Origin: a virus | Reading direction: 5' to 3' (one strand) | DNA length: 64,000 nucleotides | IMG/VR virus record: IMGVR_UViG_3300021142_000004 | In this document: positions 46,796 through 58,003 of the stretch, piece by piece | Position numbering within the stretch: position 1 is the stretch's first letter | Layout: every line of letters begins with the position of its first letter | Position numbers and translations under genes: made by a program | The notes under the pieces: model-generated | Told to the model about the DNA's origin: nothing | Database searches by the model: none | What the model saw: the letters and a program-made list of their open reading frames with translations, nothing else

Positions 46796-48979
46796 TTAAA
46801 AGTCTAATTTAATTCCAAATACTTGTGTACCACTTCTTGTTACTGGTGATGCTGTCTTACCTATAACCATAACTTCTTTATTATCATTTAATAATGCAAT
46901 TTCAGTTATTTTTTTAGTTTGACCATTCGTATATGTTGGGTTTTGAGTTGTTGTGAATTGTGATGATGGTAAATTAACCATAAATCTCATTGATTCAATA
47001 TCGGTTGCTCTAACAAATTTAACACTACCAGGGAAAGGTTGTTCATCTCCAAATTGTGTTGCTGGTGTTACTGTATTTTGAAAATCATCTCTATATGATG
47101 ACATATCATATAAATGACCACTTAAATCAGATTTTTTAATTGTAAATGTGTTACCAATAATATTACTTGGAATTAAGTAATTTTGTCCGGTATCTATGTC
47201 TAAAGATGTAAATGCAGAACTTCCACCTAAAATATCGTACATATTAATAATACCCCAATTATCATTTGTTGGTAATTGTCCTGTATTTGTAATTTGTAAT
47301 AATACTTGAAAATCTGTAACAACATATCCAGAAATAGTTTGTGTAAATGCTGTCACCATATTTGCAAATTCATTTGCTCCAAAAGTAATTAATACGTTTG
47401 ATGGTGTTGTTGTACTTTCTATTTTTGTAAAATAATTACAAGGTAAATTATTATAAGTATTTGCAATATTATCACTAAAGTTTATGAAATTATATGTTAC
47501 CCATATTGTTTTACCAGTTGTTCCATCCAATATTGAATTTCCGGAAAGGTCATTACTTGGTGTTAATCCTAATTTTGGTGCTGGTAATGAAAATCTTCTA
47601 TTTGATTTATAATCCAATATTGCAACCAGTTCTTGATCATCTATAACAATTGTTTTATTATTATGAAAAACTTTACCAACACGATTTCCTAATTCATCAA
47701 TTAAATATGAAAATTCTAATTGGTGTTTTTCATTTATATTTGATTTTATATAATAAGGTTGATTATTATCGTTTACATCCATTGTGAACTTTGCTCCAAT
47801 AGTATTACCAGTATTTCTATGATAATATATAAATGGAATATACAATTCAAAATATTCCATATCTGATATGTTATTACCATTATCATCTACTATTATTGAA
47901 TCATCATTTGTTGATGTATTTGTACTGATATAATCATCATATTTAAAAAATCTTTCAGGATCATTAACAATATCACCCAATTTTGAATAATGTATTATTG
48001 CTATTGTTCTTTGTTCTTCAGAAGGGACATTTATTATTTCACCTAATGTATTTACATAAGATGTTGAATTTGTTAAAGTCCCACCAGTAAAATCTGTAAA
48101 TGTTTGTCCTGATGATGTGGTATATCCTAATAAACTTTTTGTTGAGACATGTATATTACCACTATAACCTGATAAACTTTGAGATAACCCTGCCGTATCC
48201 ATACCAATTGGTTTATCTCCCCAAACAATGTTCATTGTCCAAGGATTTAATTGATCACCAGATGTAATTGGTTCAGGTAAACATGCTGGTGATGTTAGGG
48301 TTGATAATGGATATTCAACTTCACAACTATTACATATTACTTGAAATTTTGTATTAGATGGTAAATAATCCAATTCAGGTACATTTCTATCAACATAGAT
48401 ATTATTACCTACAATATTTGTTATTTTATAAATATAACTTATTGAATTTCCTGTTACAATTTTTCTTGTTGGGTCTGGACCTACAAAAGTATTTCCAACA
48501 ACTAAAGTAATATATTTACAATTTTGGAAACTTGATCCACTAAGTACGGTAATATAATTATATGTACTATCAAAATTTGCTACAGTAACTTGCTGTACTG
48601 GACAATAAATTGTTGTGCCCATTGCAGATACGGAATCAAAATCCATATAATCTGATATGTATCCTGCTGGACCCATAACATTTCTAATTGATTCTGTTAT
48701 TTGATTATTAATTGGAACACCATATGTTGTTCCTGATGTAGTTGAATCAAATGTATATGGATATTTAACACCAGATTCTTTATCAAATGGTGAAAAAACT
48801 TTTTGGTATGGAGTACCATTTAGACCATTTAAATTATCAAATGGTGTTGTATAATCATATTCGGAATCTCCAATTTGGAAATAACTTATATTAAAATTAC
48901 CACTAGCAATTGATCTTCTCCCCTTTTGGGTTATTCTTGCCGATAAAAACTCTGCGTTATTGTTATTTAAAAAACTCAT
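46796..48979 (-). CDS. Virion structural protein (baseplate/tail-like)
   Basis: ARITQKGR..FQIGDSE N-terminus and ITEIALLN..VIGK..P..KLDF C-terminus, typical of large-phage baseplate proteins. Confidence 0.6.
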   Translation of the reverse strand: MSFLNNNNAEFLSARITQKGRRSIASGNFNISYFQIGDSEYDYTTPFDNLNGLNGTPYQKVFSPFDKESGVKYPYTFDSTTSGTTYGVPINNQITESIRNVMGPAGYISDYMDFDSVSAMGTTIYCPVQQVTVANFDSTYNYITVLSGSSFQNCKYITLVVGNTFVGPDPTRKIVTGNSISYIYKITNIVGNNIYVDRNVPELDYLPSNTKFQVICNSCEVEYPLSTLTSPACLPEPITSGDQLNPWTMNIVWGDKPIGMDTAGLSQSLSGYSGNIHVSTKSLLGYTTSSGQTFTDFTGGTLTNSTSYVNTLGEIINVPSEEQRTIAIIHYSKLGDIVNDPERFFKYDDYISTNTSTNDDSIIVDDNGNNISDMEYFELYIPFIYYHRNTGNTIGAKFTMDVNDNNQPYYIKSNINEKHQLEFSYLIDELGNRVGKVFHNNKTIVIDDQELVAILDYKSNRRFSLPAPKLGLTPSNDLSGNSILDGTTGKTIWVTYNFINFSDNIANTYNNLPCNYFTKIESTTTPSNVLITFGANEFANMVTAFTQTISGYVVTDFQVLLQITNTGQLPTNDNWGIINMYDILGGSSAFTSLDIDTGQNYLIPSNIIGNTFTIKKSDLSGHLYDMSSYRDDFQNTVTPATQFGDEQPFPGSVKFVRATDIESMRFMVNLPSSQFTTTQNPTYTNGQTKKITEIALLNDNKEVMVIGKTASPVTRSGTQVFGIKLDF

Positions 48980-49012
48980 ATTTTATAAATATATTAATTA
49001 AAATTATTATTG

Positions 49013-50914
49013 TCAACTAGATGCCGATACATACGGTATGTTAGCACAAGTTCGTAACACATTTTTATTTGAATCTAAATATTGAAATGTTAAACTTGTA
49101 ATACTTGTAATTTCATTAGCTGGGTAATTAGTTGTATTTGTAAAATAATAAATACGATTAGATGTACTATTATTAGGACCAGTAAAACCTGAAAAATGTG
49201 ACATTGGAATTGAACCAGTCATAATTGCGAATGTATCACTATATCCTGTTAAAGTAACATAAGTAATACCAGTGGTATTAATTACTTCATTTGGTAAATT
49301 TAATTCATATGAAATTATTGTTGGTGTGGGTGTCCCTCCTGTAGAACTATTATTGTAAGGGATTCCACTAAATGTAACACTAAAAATACTTGGACATGTA
49401 TAACCTGTGGTTAATGGACAACGATTTACACTCGTATCAGTATAACTATCAAAAAATCCACAAAAATTCCCTACTGTGTTTTTAGTGTAAAACCCCATAG
49501 GAATATTACCATTTGTCACATCTACTTGTTGTAAATCTGTTGGGTTAAATTGTCCTGTATTACCACTTACCGCTTCATTATTAAAAAACGTAATTGTTCC
49601 ACCAGTTGAATATACATTACCATTATTACCATATGGTACAGCAAACGTACCCATTAAACTATTTGATTGTCCATCATTTACAGTATTTAAAGTTTGGACG
49701 TTGGTATGTTTTAATAAATTTTTAAATAATAAATTATTTGAATCTCTATCAGTTTCATAGGACTTAAAAAATGTTGTAGTACTAATCCCATCAGGTGTTG
49801 AATAAAAATTGGTATATAACTTATTACTTATTGGGTCAATTGAAAATGTTAAACTAGTATAATAACTATTATTCATCGTTTCTAAATATGGTACAATTGA
49901 TGTTACAGCGGAATACGTCACTGAAGAATAATGTATTGTATCGGGTATTAATGTTATTAGATTATTACTACCAATATCATTTAAATAAAATTTATTTTTT
50001 AATTGATCATAAAATCCATTTTGCCAATCTCTATTACCACTATTTGGGGACGATATGTTTAATGATTTTAAATAAGAAGAAACGTCTATTCTTCCTAAAA
50101 GATTAAAATATTTGTCATATACTTGTGGGTTCCATGGCCCCGTGTTATCTCCACCACCACTTGATCCACCAACAACCCAAAATGTATAATTTGTCGCAGT
50201 TCCGACTTGTATAATTGAATTGCCAGAACCACCAAAAGAAGTTGTTTTTGATGTTCCGGTATTTCCAAGTTGACCCGGAATTATGTTATTTCTATCAAAA
50301 TATCGTATATATTGTGTTGATGTGTCTTCATTAAAATACGAATAATAAATATTATCATTAGTTACCAATAAATTTTGGATTAGATATTGTGCATTTGTAC
50401 CAGATGGTAATGTACCAGATGGTAATGTATCATGATATATCGTATTACTAATCATATCATAAGTCAATAACCCTATCTTTGTTAAATCAATCCCATTATA
50501 TGGACTACTAGTTCCAGCAAATTGGTTCCATCCAACAAAATACATTCTTTTGTATGTTGTATCTATATATGTACCATATAAATCAGTTATATTTAAAATT
50601 GGTGATCCACCTGATTGTATATAATTCATATCATTACTGTTAATAGCGGTAACAGGGTTGAAATTATAAATATTACCTCTTTTAAAGTCTGATGTGTCTA
50701 TAACCCAAACTTTACCTGGATTTGTTAATTCATTATTACTATCAAACCAAGTCTGATTTGGAGCAGTTAAACCACTAATCACTTTTTTTATCCCAAAAGA
50801 CGTTATTGTTGTACATGTACCCGTAACTACAGTACAACCACTAGTAATACCAGTAGGACATGTTATTGTTAATCCAGTCGAACTCATTGTCAAACCCGTA
50901 ATTGTTGTTGGCAT
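49013..50914 (-). CDS. Virion protein (beta-propeller-like, putative receptor binding)
   Basis: 633 aa, T/S/N/G-rich; structural operon. Confidence 0.5.
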   Translation of the reverse strand: MPTTITGLTMSSTGLTITCPTGITSGCTVVTGTCTTITSFGIKKVISGLTAPNQTWFDSNNELTNPGKVWVIDTSDFKRGNIYNFNPVTAINSNDMNYIQSGGSPILNITDLYGTYIDTTYKRMYFVGWNQFAGTSSPYNGIDLTKIGLLTYDMISNTIYHDTLPSGTLPSGTNAQYLIQNLLVTNDNIYYSYFNEDTSTQYIRYFDRNNIIPGQLGNTGTSKTTSFGGSGNSIIQVGTATNYTFWVVGGSSGGGDNTGPWNPQVYDKYFNLLGRIDVSSYLKSLNISSPNSGNRDWQNGFYDQLKNKFYLNDIGSNNLITLIPDTIHYSSVTYSAVTSIVPYLETMNNSYYTSLTFSIDPISNKLYTNFYSTPDGISTTTFFKSYETDRDSNNLLFKNLLKHTNVQTLNTVNDGQSNSLMGTFAVPYGNNGNVYSTGGTITFFNNEAVSGNTGQFNPTDLQQVDVTNGNIPMGFYTKNTVGNFCGFFDSYTDTSVNRCPLTTGYTCPSIFSVTFSGIPYNNSSTGGTPTPTIISYELNLPNEVINTTGITYVTLTGYSDTFAIMTGSIPMSHFSGFTGPNNSTSNRIYYFTNTTNYPANEITSITSLTFQYLDSNKNVLRTCANIPYVSASS

Positions 50915-50933
50915 ATTTTAATATTTTTTTTTA

Positions 50934-51491
50934 TTATGGATTACATCCATCTGGTGATGAATTATATTTAACGAATACATTTGTATTTGTACCATCATAA
51001 ACATATGAAAAATACACATAATATATTCCATTATTATATAATGGATGACCATTATTTCCTATGTTTGTAATCTTATATAATGGATTATATGATGGATAAT
51101 AAATATCAAATCTTGTACATGCAGAGTTCGATGGTGTTATAGTTGTTCCACTCACTTCTAAAATTGACCATAAATTTGAACCAGGTATTGTACCCAAAGA
51201 AATTGTCATACCTGTTTGACCTGTAAAATTAATAATTGTTGATTGACACCCTAATGAAGGTACACTCCAATTCAATGTATTACTAGAATAACAATTATAA
51301 CAATTACTATAAACATAACCACTATATGAAATATTTTCATTTAATCCTGTTAATGTATATGATGTTGTGCCAGATGGGATACCACTAATTATATGGGGTG
51401 TAGTATTGCCACTAAAATATACTAAAGTATAGTTAGTAACAGTATTTCCTGTTGTACTTCCTGACCAATTAATTGTTAAATTTGATGCCAT
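50934..51491 (-). CDS. Fibronectin type III domain virion protein
   Basis: LTINWS..YTLVY..TSYTLTGLNENISY pattern. Confidence 0.7.
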   Translation of the reverse strand: MASNLTINWSGSTTGNTVTNYTLVYFSGNTTPHIISGIPSGTTSYTLTGLNENISYSGYVYSNCYNCYSSNTLNWSVPSLGCQSTIINFTGQTGMTISLGTIPGSNLWSILEVSGTTITPSNSACTRFDIYYPSYNPLYKITNIGNNGHPLYNNGIYYVYFSYVYDGTNTNVFVKYNSSPDGCNP

Positions 51492-51507
51492 TATTTATTA
51501 TTTTTAT

Positions 51508-51780
51508 TTAAGTTGACCATGTTGTTGTAACTCCTGTTGGTGTTGAACATGGTGGTACATATACATTTATTGGTTGTATAACAGTATTACAAGTTCCACC
51601 AGAAATTTTTACATAAAAAGTTGTTCCGGTAAAACTATTAATAGACGTACCACTAATAGTTATACTTGTACCAGTAAAATTAGTTTGATATGGACTATAT
51701 GTTGCACCAGAATTACTTGATGTGAATATAGTACTACCACTACATGGATTACTAAAATTAATTTTTATTATTTTACTCAT
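51508..51780 (-). CDS. Small virion protein
   Basis: 90 aa, T/S/G-rich. Confidence 0.55.
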   Translation of the reverse strand: MSKIIKINFSNPCSGSTIFTSSNSGATYSPYQTNFTGTSITISGTSINSFTGTTFYVKISGGTCNTVIQPINVYVPPCSTPTGVTTTWST

Positions 51781-51790
51781 TTTTTTTTAT

Positions 51791-54700
51791 TTATTGTGCA
51801 CAATAATTACCCGGTCCTACCGTAAATGTTATTGGTCCTGATGTTGCATTACATAAATCAGTAACATAAACAGTATAATCATCATATGTTAAACCATACA
51901 CATTTTGGTTGTTACTTATTAGATTACCATATGAATCATACCAAGAATAATAATAAGTTCCACATCCATTACTAACAGTTATTTCTATTGAACCATATGA
52001 TATAATATTAGTGTCTTCATCACAAACTTCATCTGTAACATTACCACTTACTAAAATTGGAGAACCTGAACAATACGTTGTTTCAGTTAATATATGTTTT
52101 GATGATGTGCCATTAAATACGTGTAGATCTGTATTTTGTCCACTATATGTTATATTATAATACATATTTGGATTACAATAATCAACACTAACATCAATAA
52201 CATCAATTAATTCACCCGATAAACCAATTAAACGATCACCATTAACATAATAATTATTTGGATAATTACAACATGGTGTAATTTGTGATGATGTAATTTG
52301 TAAATCTTCCGGGTATCTTGAATCAAAGAAATATGAATCCGTTAAAGTTGGTTCATGGTTATCAACTGAATATCTTGTATAAACTCTAAGTTTTGTTGTT
52401 GGTAATACTTCAAAAACAAAATTTCCACCGTATTGATAAAGGTCATGTGAAAAACCTGTTATTGAATATTTCTTAATTGATGCCATTGGTGTAATACTAG
52501 TTACTACCACATTTTTTGTTGTAAATGCAACACCACTAATGATATTAGTCCCACCACTCAATGAATTACTTATACTTTGACTAACAATTTGTGAATTTGG
52601 TATATATTCCGCCACTGCAATTGTATTACCGGTTTTTAATTGATATATTGGTGTTTCAACGTATGAACTACCAGTATATGTTCTTAACATAGTATCCCAT
52701 TTTAAACCAAAATTTGTTGGTTGTTCATAAACAACATTTAGTGTTACTGAACTATATGTTGATATTGTTGTTGCTGTCTTAGTATCTATAACACATAAAT
52801 CAGGATTTGGTGTACTGGTATCTTCCGATTTAAAAGTAATATTAACATTACTTGATGAAGATACTTCTTGTTGTGTAAATTTCATTTTAACTTGACAATT
52901 TGCACCATCTAAAAATAAAAAATCACCAATACTTGTTGATGTGAAACCTGTTATTTTTTCAGTACATGGGTCAACATATTGCCATGTATTTCCTGAATAT
53001 GTATTAAATAATGTTGGACTACTACCAGAATATATAAATATTCTAATTCCGTTAGTTGGGTTTGATTTTATAATTCCAACAGGATTTACATTATGTAAAA
53101 TAATATCTCTAGTTGTTGTACCACCTGTATATGTTGGATTAACTACTTCTGGCACAACATTATATAAACAAATTGGTGTAAATGGATCATATTCAGTTTT
53201 AATTGTAAAACTAAATGATTTCATTATTGTACAACTATTAGGTCCATATTTTAATGATGAAAATTTAATTTTTTGAATACCATCTACATCAGTAAAAAAA
53301 GAATAATTTAACAATGGATCAGTTGTAAGTGTTGCACTTTGTCCCGTAGTTGCGGTATATGGTGCATAGTTTTCATAACCAGCGGTATATCCTGTATGTA
53401 TAGTATTAATAACATTATCTATAAGTCCACTTAATGCTTGTACCCATAAATTTTTTATTTGTGCAATATCTGGATTTAAATAACCTTCATAACCACATAC
53501 TAATGGTAATTTATTATTAATATTATATGTTCCTCCTGTTAATATTGTACAACCAGTTAATCCTGTTATCGTATCATATAATTTAGCATTAGTTAAATAA
53601 CTATAATTTCCTGATACATTAACACTATATGTTGTACTTGAGTATGGTATACCGTCTATTTCAATTACCGGATATAATTTTATTCTACTAATATCAATTA
53701 ATCCTCTAAAATTTTCTTCATAACCAATTAAATCTAATAAATCATCAGTTAATATTGTTGAAAAATCTGGATATAAATTTTCAATTATTGTTTTTGGTTG
53801 ACAACCCAATCTATATCCATACTTAGAACGACCAAATACACTATTTTGGATTAGATTACCACCTGTCCATAAAGTTGTTGATGGAATCATTTGATCAATA
53901 ATAGAAGCCCAATATGGACTCATTTTATTAATAAATTCATGAACGTCTGTAATATTATATGGTGTGAATCCGGTACTACTAATATAACTTTGATAAACAT
54001 CTTCCAATGTGATATAATTCTTTTTATATCTAATCACATTGGAATTTGGTATTTGTTCACTTAATAAACGACCAGCAAACTCTGCAAATGTTACACCTGT
54101 TTGAGGGTATAATGTATTTGAACCAAATGTTAATAATAAATCTCGTGATTTTCTATATATGTCAAAATTAACCCCATTTGCGGAATCCAAATAAATACTA
54201 ATATTTTTTCTATTAAGAATATATGATGATTTAATATCATCTACCGAACCTTTAACATTATCTATCCTTGACGTAAGTTCAAAACCACTATCTAAACCTG
54301 GTAAAGTTCTAAACACATCAAAATATTGTTCACCATAAGTATATGGTGCAGCAATCGTTTTAATTGTTTTTGTTCTACCAGTTAAAATTGAATTTTCAGT
54401 ATCTAAAATATCAGGTGTTCTATGATTTGTTGTAATATCATACCAACCAGAACCTTTTTGGAAAAAAATGTCACTAGCAACATTATTTGCACGTCTAGGT
54501 AAACCAGTTGTTTCATCAATTGGATAATCTGATCTTACAAATGTTGTTGATGGTTTAGAAATTGTTTGAGTATATGTAAACCCAGATGGATCAAAACTCA
54601 ATATTACATTTTTTTTATTTCCTTGAATAACATCATAAATTTGATTTTCAATATCATTCAATTTAGGTAAATTTGTTACTTCGTATACATATTCATTAAT

Positions 54701-56113
54701 ATTTATTAATTGTTCAGGTGCACCTAAAAATTTTAAAAAGAAATTTAACGATGATTTTGTACCTTTTGATTTATAAATGTGTGCTAAATTAATTAATAGT
54801 CTCCTATAAAATTCATATTCCGCCTCAATAAATGTTTTACCTTCTGGTACACCACTATATTGATTAGTACTTCTTGTATATAATGTTTGATCTATTGTGT
54901 TTTCATCAAATAAATTAATGGTTTCTAAACCTAAATTATTTGCTAAATTTTTTAATAAAATATCAGGTAAGTTATTAATACCATCATAACTTACATTTCT
55001 CATAAATGCAATGTTATCAATATATTTTTTTACACTATCAAAACTTTGTCCATATAATTGAAATACTGATGTTATTTTTTGGTCTGGTGTATCGTATTCA
55101 AATAGTTGTGGTGCAGATAAAAATCTAACCATTAAATTAGATTTATAATCATCAATCAAATCAGCGGTATCACTTAGATTTTGAACATATTGATCAAATT
55201 TTAATCCAACAATTTGTAAATTCCAATTATCATCTGATATTGGCCAATTATATTCAACTCTTACTAATGCGGTATTTGAACTATCAAAGGTATCTTTTGG
55301 AATATAAAATCCCGCATTATATTTTGGACTAGTGTCTTTTGTTAATAACGTACCTTCAACATCATCTAAATTATTAAAAAATTCTTCAGTGATCCCATTA
55401 TTTGGCCTAAATAATAAATTTTGATTATATGTAGTTCCGGTTCCAAATGGATTACCATTAACAGTAAAAGTAATTATATTATTAACTGGTTGTACATAAT
55501 TAATGATATCATATGTTGTGCCATTAATGTCTAATACATATTTTTTATATGACGAATAAAAATTCCTTATTGGATTGTCAGTTTCAATTATAGTATTTGA
55601 ATTTGGTTTTAATAAAACAATTTCAAATGGATTAAATAATTTAGAATTTTCAATTTGAAATTGTGTTGTTTTAGAATATGTGTTATAACTGATATTAAAT
55701 GCAGAATTTAACGAACCTCCAATCGGTGCATTGACATTAACCACAAAACCAGCAGGAAATTTATTGATAATTCTTGTTATTGAAACTAATAATCTACTTT
55801 TTAAAGAACCGAATAAAGATTTACCAGCATCATCTTTAGCACCTTTAAAAACAATAAGATTTTGTTTTTCTTGATCGGAAATTGTTGTTGGTGCATCTAA
55901 TTCTTGTTTTAAATTATCTAATGTTAAAAAATCTGAAAATGGACTTGTTTTAAATTTTTTAGAATCTTTTTCAGGAATGACATTATCAATAGCAAAACTA
56001 GTCATAGTCATTTGACTTGACCCGTCTGTAATTTGTACACCCACAAGATTATCTGCGAAAGTATCCGCCCCACTTGCTGCTTGACTTGGAACTTTATATC
56101 TTACTGTTGCCAT
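51791..56113 (-). CDS. Large baseplate wedge-like protein with C-terminal SprB-like repeat
   Basis: IYKSKGTKSSL..FL.FLG wedge-type motif; GSIEITVSNG..YYYSW..GLTYDDYTVYVTD. Confidence 0.6.
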   Translation of the reverse strand: MATVRYKVPSQAASGADTFADNLVGVQITDGSSQMTMTSFAIDNVIPEKDSKKFKTSPFSDFLTLDNLKQELDAPTTISDQEKQNLIVFKGAKDDAGKSLFGSLKSRLLVSITRIINKFPAGFVVNVNAPIGGSLNSAFNISYNTYSKTTQFQIENSKLFNPFEIVLLKPNSNTIIETDNPIRNFYSSYKKYVLDINGTTYDIINYVQPVNNIITFTVNGNPFGTGTTYNQNLLFRPNNGITEEFFNNLDDVEGTLLTKDTSPKYNAGFYIPKDTFDSSNTALVRVEYNWPISDDNWNLQIVGLKFDQYVQNLSDTADLIDDYKSNLMVRFLSAPQLFEYDTPDQKITSVFQLYGQSFDSVKKYIDNIAFMRNVSYDGINNLPDILLKNLANNLGLETINLFDENTIDQTLYTRSTNQYSGVPEGKTFIEAEYEFYRRLLINLAHIYKSKGTKSSLNFFLKFLGAPEQLININEYVYEVTNLPKLNDIENQIYDVIQGNKKNVILSFDPSGFTYTQTISKPSTTFVRSDYPIDETTGLPRRANNVASDIFFQKGSGWYDITTNHRTPDILDTENSILTGRTKTIKTIAAPYTYGEQYFDVFRTLPGLDSGFELTSRIDNVKGSVDDIKSSYILNRKNISIYLDSANGVNFDIYRKSRDLLLTFGSNTLYPQTGVTFAEFAGRLLSEQIPNSNVIRYKKNYITLEDVYQSYISSTGFTPYNITDVHEFINKMSPYWASIIDQMIPSTTLWTGGNLIQNSVFGRSKYGYRLGCQPKTIIENLYPDFSTILTDDLLDLIGYEENFRGLIDISRIKLYPVIEIDGIPYSSTTYSVNVSGNYSYLTNAKLYDTITGLTGCTILTGGTYNINNKLPLVCGYEGYLNPDIAQIKNLWVQALSGLIDNVINTIHTGYTAGYENYAPYTATTGQSATLTTDPLLNYSFFTDVDGIQKIKFSSLKYGPNSCTIMKSFSFTIKTEYDPFTPICLYNVVPEVVNPTYTGGTTTRDIILHNVNPVGIIKSNPTNGIRIFIYSGSSPTLFNTYSGNTWQYVDPCTEKITGFTSTSIGDFLFLDGANCQVKMKFTQQEVSSSSNVNITFKSEDTSTPNPDLCVIDTKTATTISTYSSVTLNVVYEQPTNFGLKWDTMLRTYTGSSYVETPIYQLKTGNTIAVAEYIPNSQIVSQSISNSLSGGTNIISGVAFTTKNVVVTSITPMASIKKYSITGFSHDLYQYGGNFVFEVLPTTKLRVYTRYSVDNHEPTLTDSYFFDSRYPEDLQITSSQITPCCNYPNNYYVNGDRLIGLSGELIDVIDVSVDYCNPNMYYNITYSGQNTDLHVFNGTSSKHILTETTYCSGSPILVSGNVTDEVCDEDTNIISYGSIEITVSNGCGTYYYSWYDSYGNLISNNQNVYGLTYDDYTVYVTDLCNATSGPITFTVGPGNYCAQ

Positions 56114-57033
56114 TATATATTTGTAATAGTATCAAAGTTTAGTGTTTCATCAATATCTGTTCTTTCTTCTCTAACCTCAAATAACGTATCATTAAATGTA
56201 TCTTTAATTTCATAAAGGTTATATTGTTTGTAGATATTATTGTCCTTATCATATATTGTGTATATACCCGGAGTAACCGCTTTAGTTTGATTACCATAAA
56301 GAGCATAAGCCAATGTATTTGTATCGTATTCAACCATTTCAACCTCCAAAGTTGTTGGGTTAACATATGTATTTGTTAATATAATTTTCTGAGATGGTTG
56401 TCCAATAAATGGTACTGTATTTGGTTTATTAGATGGGGCAGATGATGGTGTTATTGTTAAAAACATTAAGTTTGTTGCATTTTCACTATATTGATATCTA
56501 ATCGCCTTTTGTGTTGTATTAGTTAAATTTGATGTAATTGGTGTACAATAAAAAGAAGATGTTACAATCTTATAAAAATTGGGTGTTTTCTGATTTGTAT
56601 TTGTATCAATATATTCCACTCTATACCCAACTAATCCTTGTGGTGTGAATTTATTCATATCGGCAGTGGGTACAGTACTTAAATCAATAACCAAACCCCT
56701 AACAGAAGGTAATGATGCCAATATACCACAATCTGTAATTGTTGTTCTTATTTGTTTTGGTCTAATATGTATTGTATATATACCTAATTCATTAAAATCA
56801 GAAGAATTTAATTTTAAATTATATAAACCACCTAATATTTCAACATTTGGTGCATTTACGTCATCCGTGGTATCTGAATTATGATACACAGGAGTTAAAA
56901 TGTCTGTTGACGTTAATTTTTTTAACGTAACCGCAGAAGTTGTTAATCTATCCGCAGTATAATGATAAAAAATATCCACATCTGCCGGTGAAACATCACT
57001 TGGTCTTATAATCCCGTAGCTACCTATCGCCAT
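56113..57033 (-). CDS. Virion structural protein
   Basis: 306-aa ORF in the structural operon. Confidence 0.55.
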   Translation of the reverse strand: MAIGSYGIIRPSDVSPADVDIFYHYTADRLTTSAVTLKKLTSTDILTPVYHNSDTTDDVNAPNVEILGGLYNLKLNSSDFNELGIYTIHIRPKQIRTTITDCGILASLPSVRGLVIDLSTVPTADMNKFTPQGLVGYRVEYIDTNTNQKTPNFYKIVTSSFYCTPITSNLTNTTQKAIRYQYSENATNLMFLTITPSSAPSNKPNTVPFIGQPSQKIILTNTYVNPTTLEVEMVEYDTNTLAYALYGNQTKAVTPGIYTIYDKDNNIYKQYNLYEIKDTFNDTLFEVREERTDIDETLNFDTITNI

Positions 57034-57082
57034 CCTATTTATTTTTTAATTAATTTATTTGTCTCTTTTATAAATATAAAAT

Positions 57083-58003
57083 TTATTGTTTTTGAATATT
57101 AAAAAATCCATCCCCGTATATTTCTAACTCTCCTGTATTTTCTATTTCACCCAATCTTAAATTATTTTCCATTATACTTAATTTACCTCTTTCCACGAAT
57201 ATGTCAGAATAAACAATTGGATCATCAATAAACCCTATAAAATGTTCATTTCTTGTTAACATTTGATTAAACACTTCTTCTTTTTGAAAATTATTTGTAT
57301 TTCCAGTAATTGATGTAATCCCATCCGCATAATCAGTATAAAATAAATTATCAATTGTATATGAACTATAAACAACACCATCCGTAGTTATTCCACCTGT
57401 TACTCCTGAATATGTATCAGATCCATATAATTTCAATTCACTAATCCTACTTCTACCTAATGCTGCAAATGAAAATGTAGTATATCCTGTGTTATTTGTA
57501 TAGTCTAAATCATTAATATAATCTTGTGTTTGACCTGTTATATCTGTATATGGAATTGTAAAACCACTAAATGTACCTAATGGATTTACAATAGTTAAAT
57601 TTAGTGGTACATTTATATTTTTACTTAATGTTTGTGAATTCCAAGGAGAATTTAATAAAATAGATAAAGTATATCCAGAAGGTATACTATATGTATGGGT
57701 TAATGTTGGAAGATTTTCACCAATATTTTGACTAACAGTAATACCAGATATATTACCATCTCCCCAATCAATTGTAAATTCTTGAGTTACAATCGTTCTT
57801 AATTGTGTTGAATCAACAGTATTATAAACTTGAATAGTATTACCAGTTTGTGTGTAAGAAAAATTACATAATTGTTCTACCTGCGTTAAATTCCCATCAA
57901 ACCCAACCATGACACCCATTTCATCCACAGTTGATTCTAAAAATATGGGTATTTGATACGATGTTGACCCTGTAACATATAATAATTGATAACTATTTTC
58001 CAT
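57083..58003 (-). CDS. Virion protein with PKD-like domain
   Basis: FTIDWGDG..LTHTY. Confidence 0.6.
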   Translation of the reverse strand: MENSYQLLYVTGSTSYQIPIFLESTVDEMGVMVGFDGNLTQVEQLCNFSYTQTGNTIQVYNTVDSTQLRTIVTQEFTIDWGDGNISGITVSQNIGENLPTLTHTYSIPSGYTLSILLNSPWNSQTLSKNINVPLNLTIVNPLGTFSGFTIPYTDITGQTQDYINDLDYTNNTGYTTFSFAALGRSRISELKLYGSDTYSGVTGGITTDGVVYSSYTIDNLFYTDYADGITSITGNTNNFQKEEVFNQMLTRNEHFIGFIDDPIVYSDIFVERGKLSIMENNLRLGEIENTGELEIYGDGFFNIQKQ

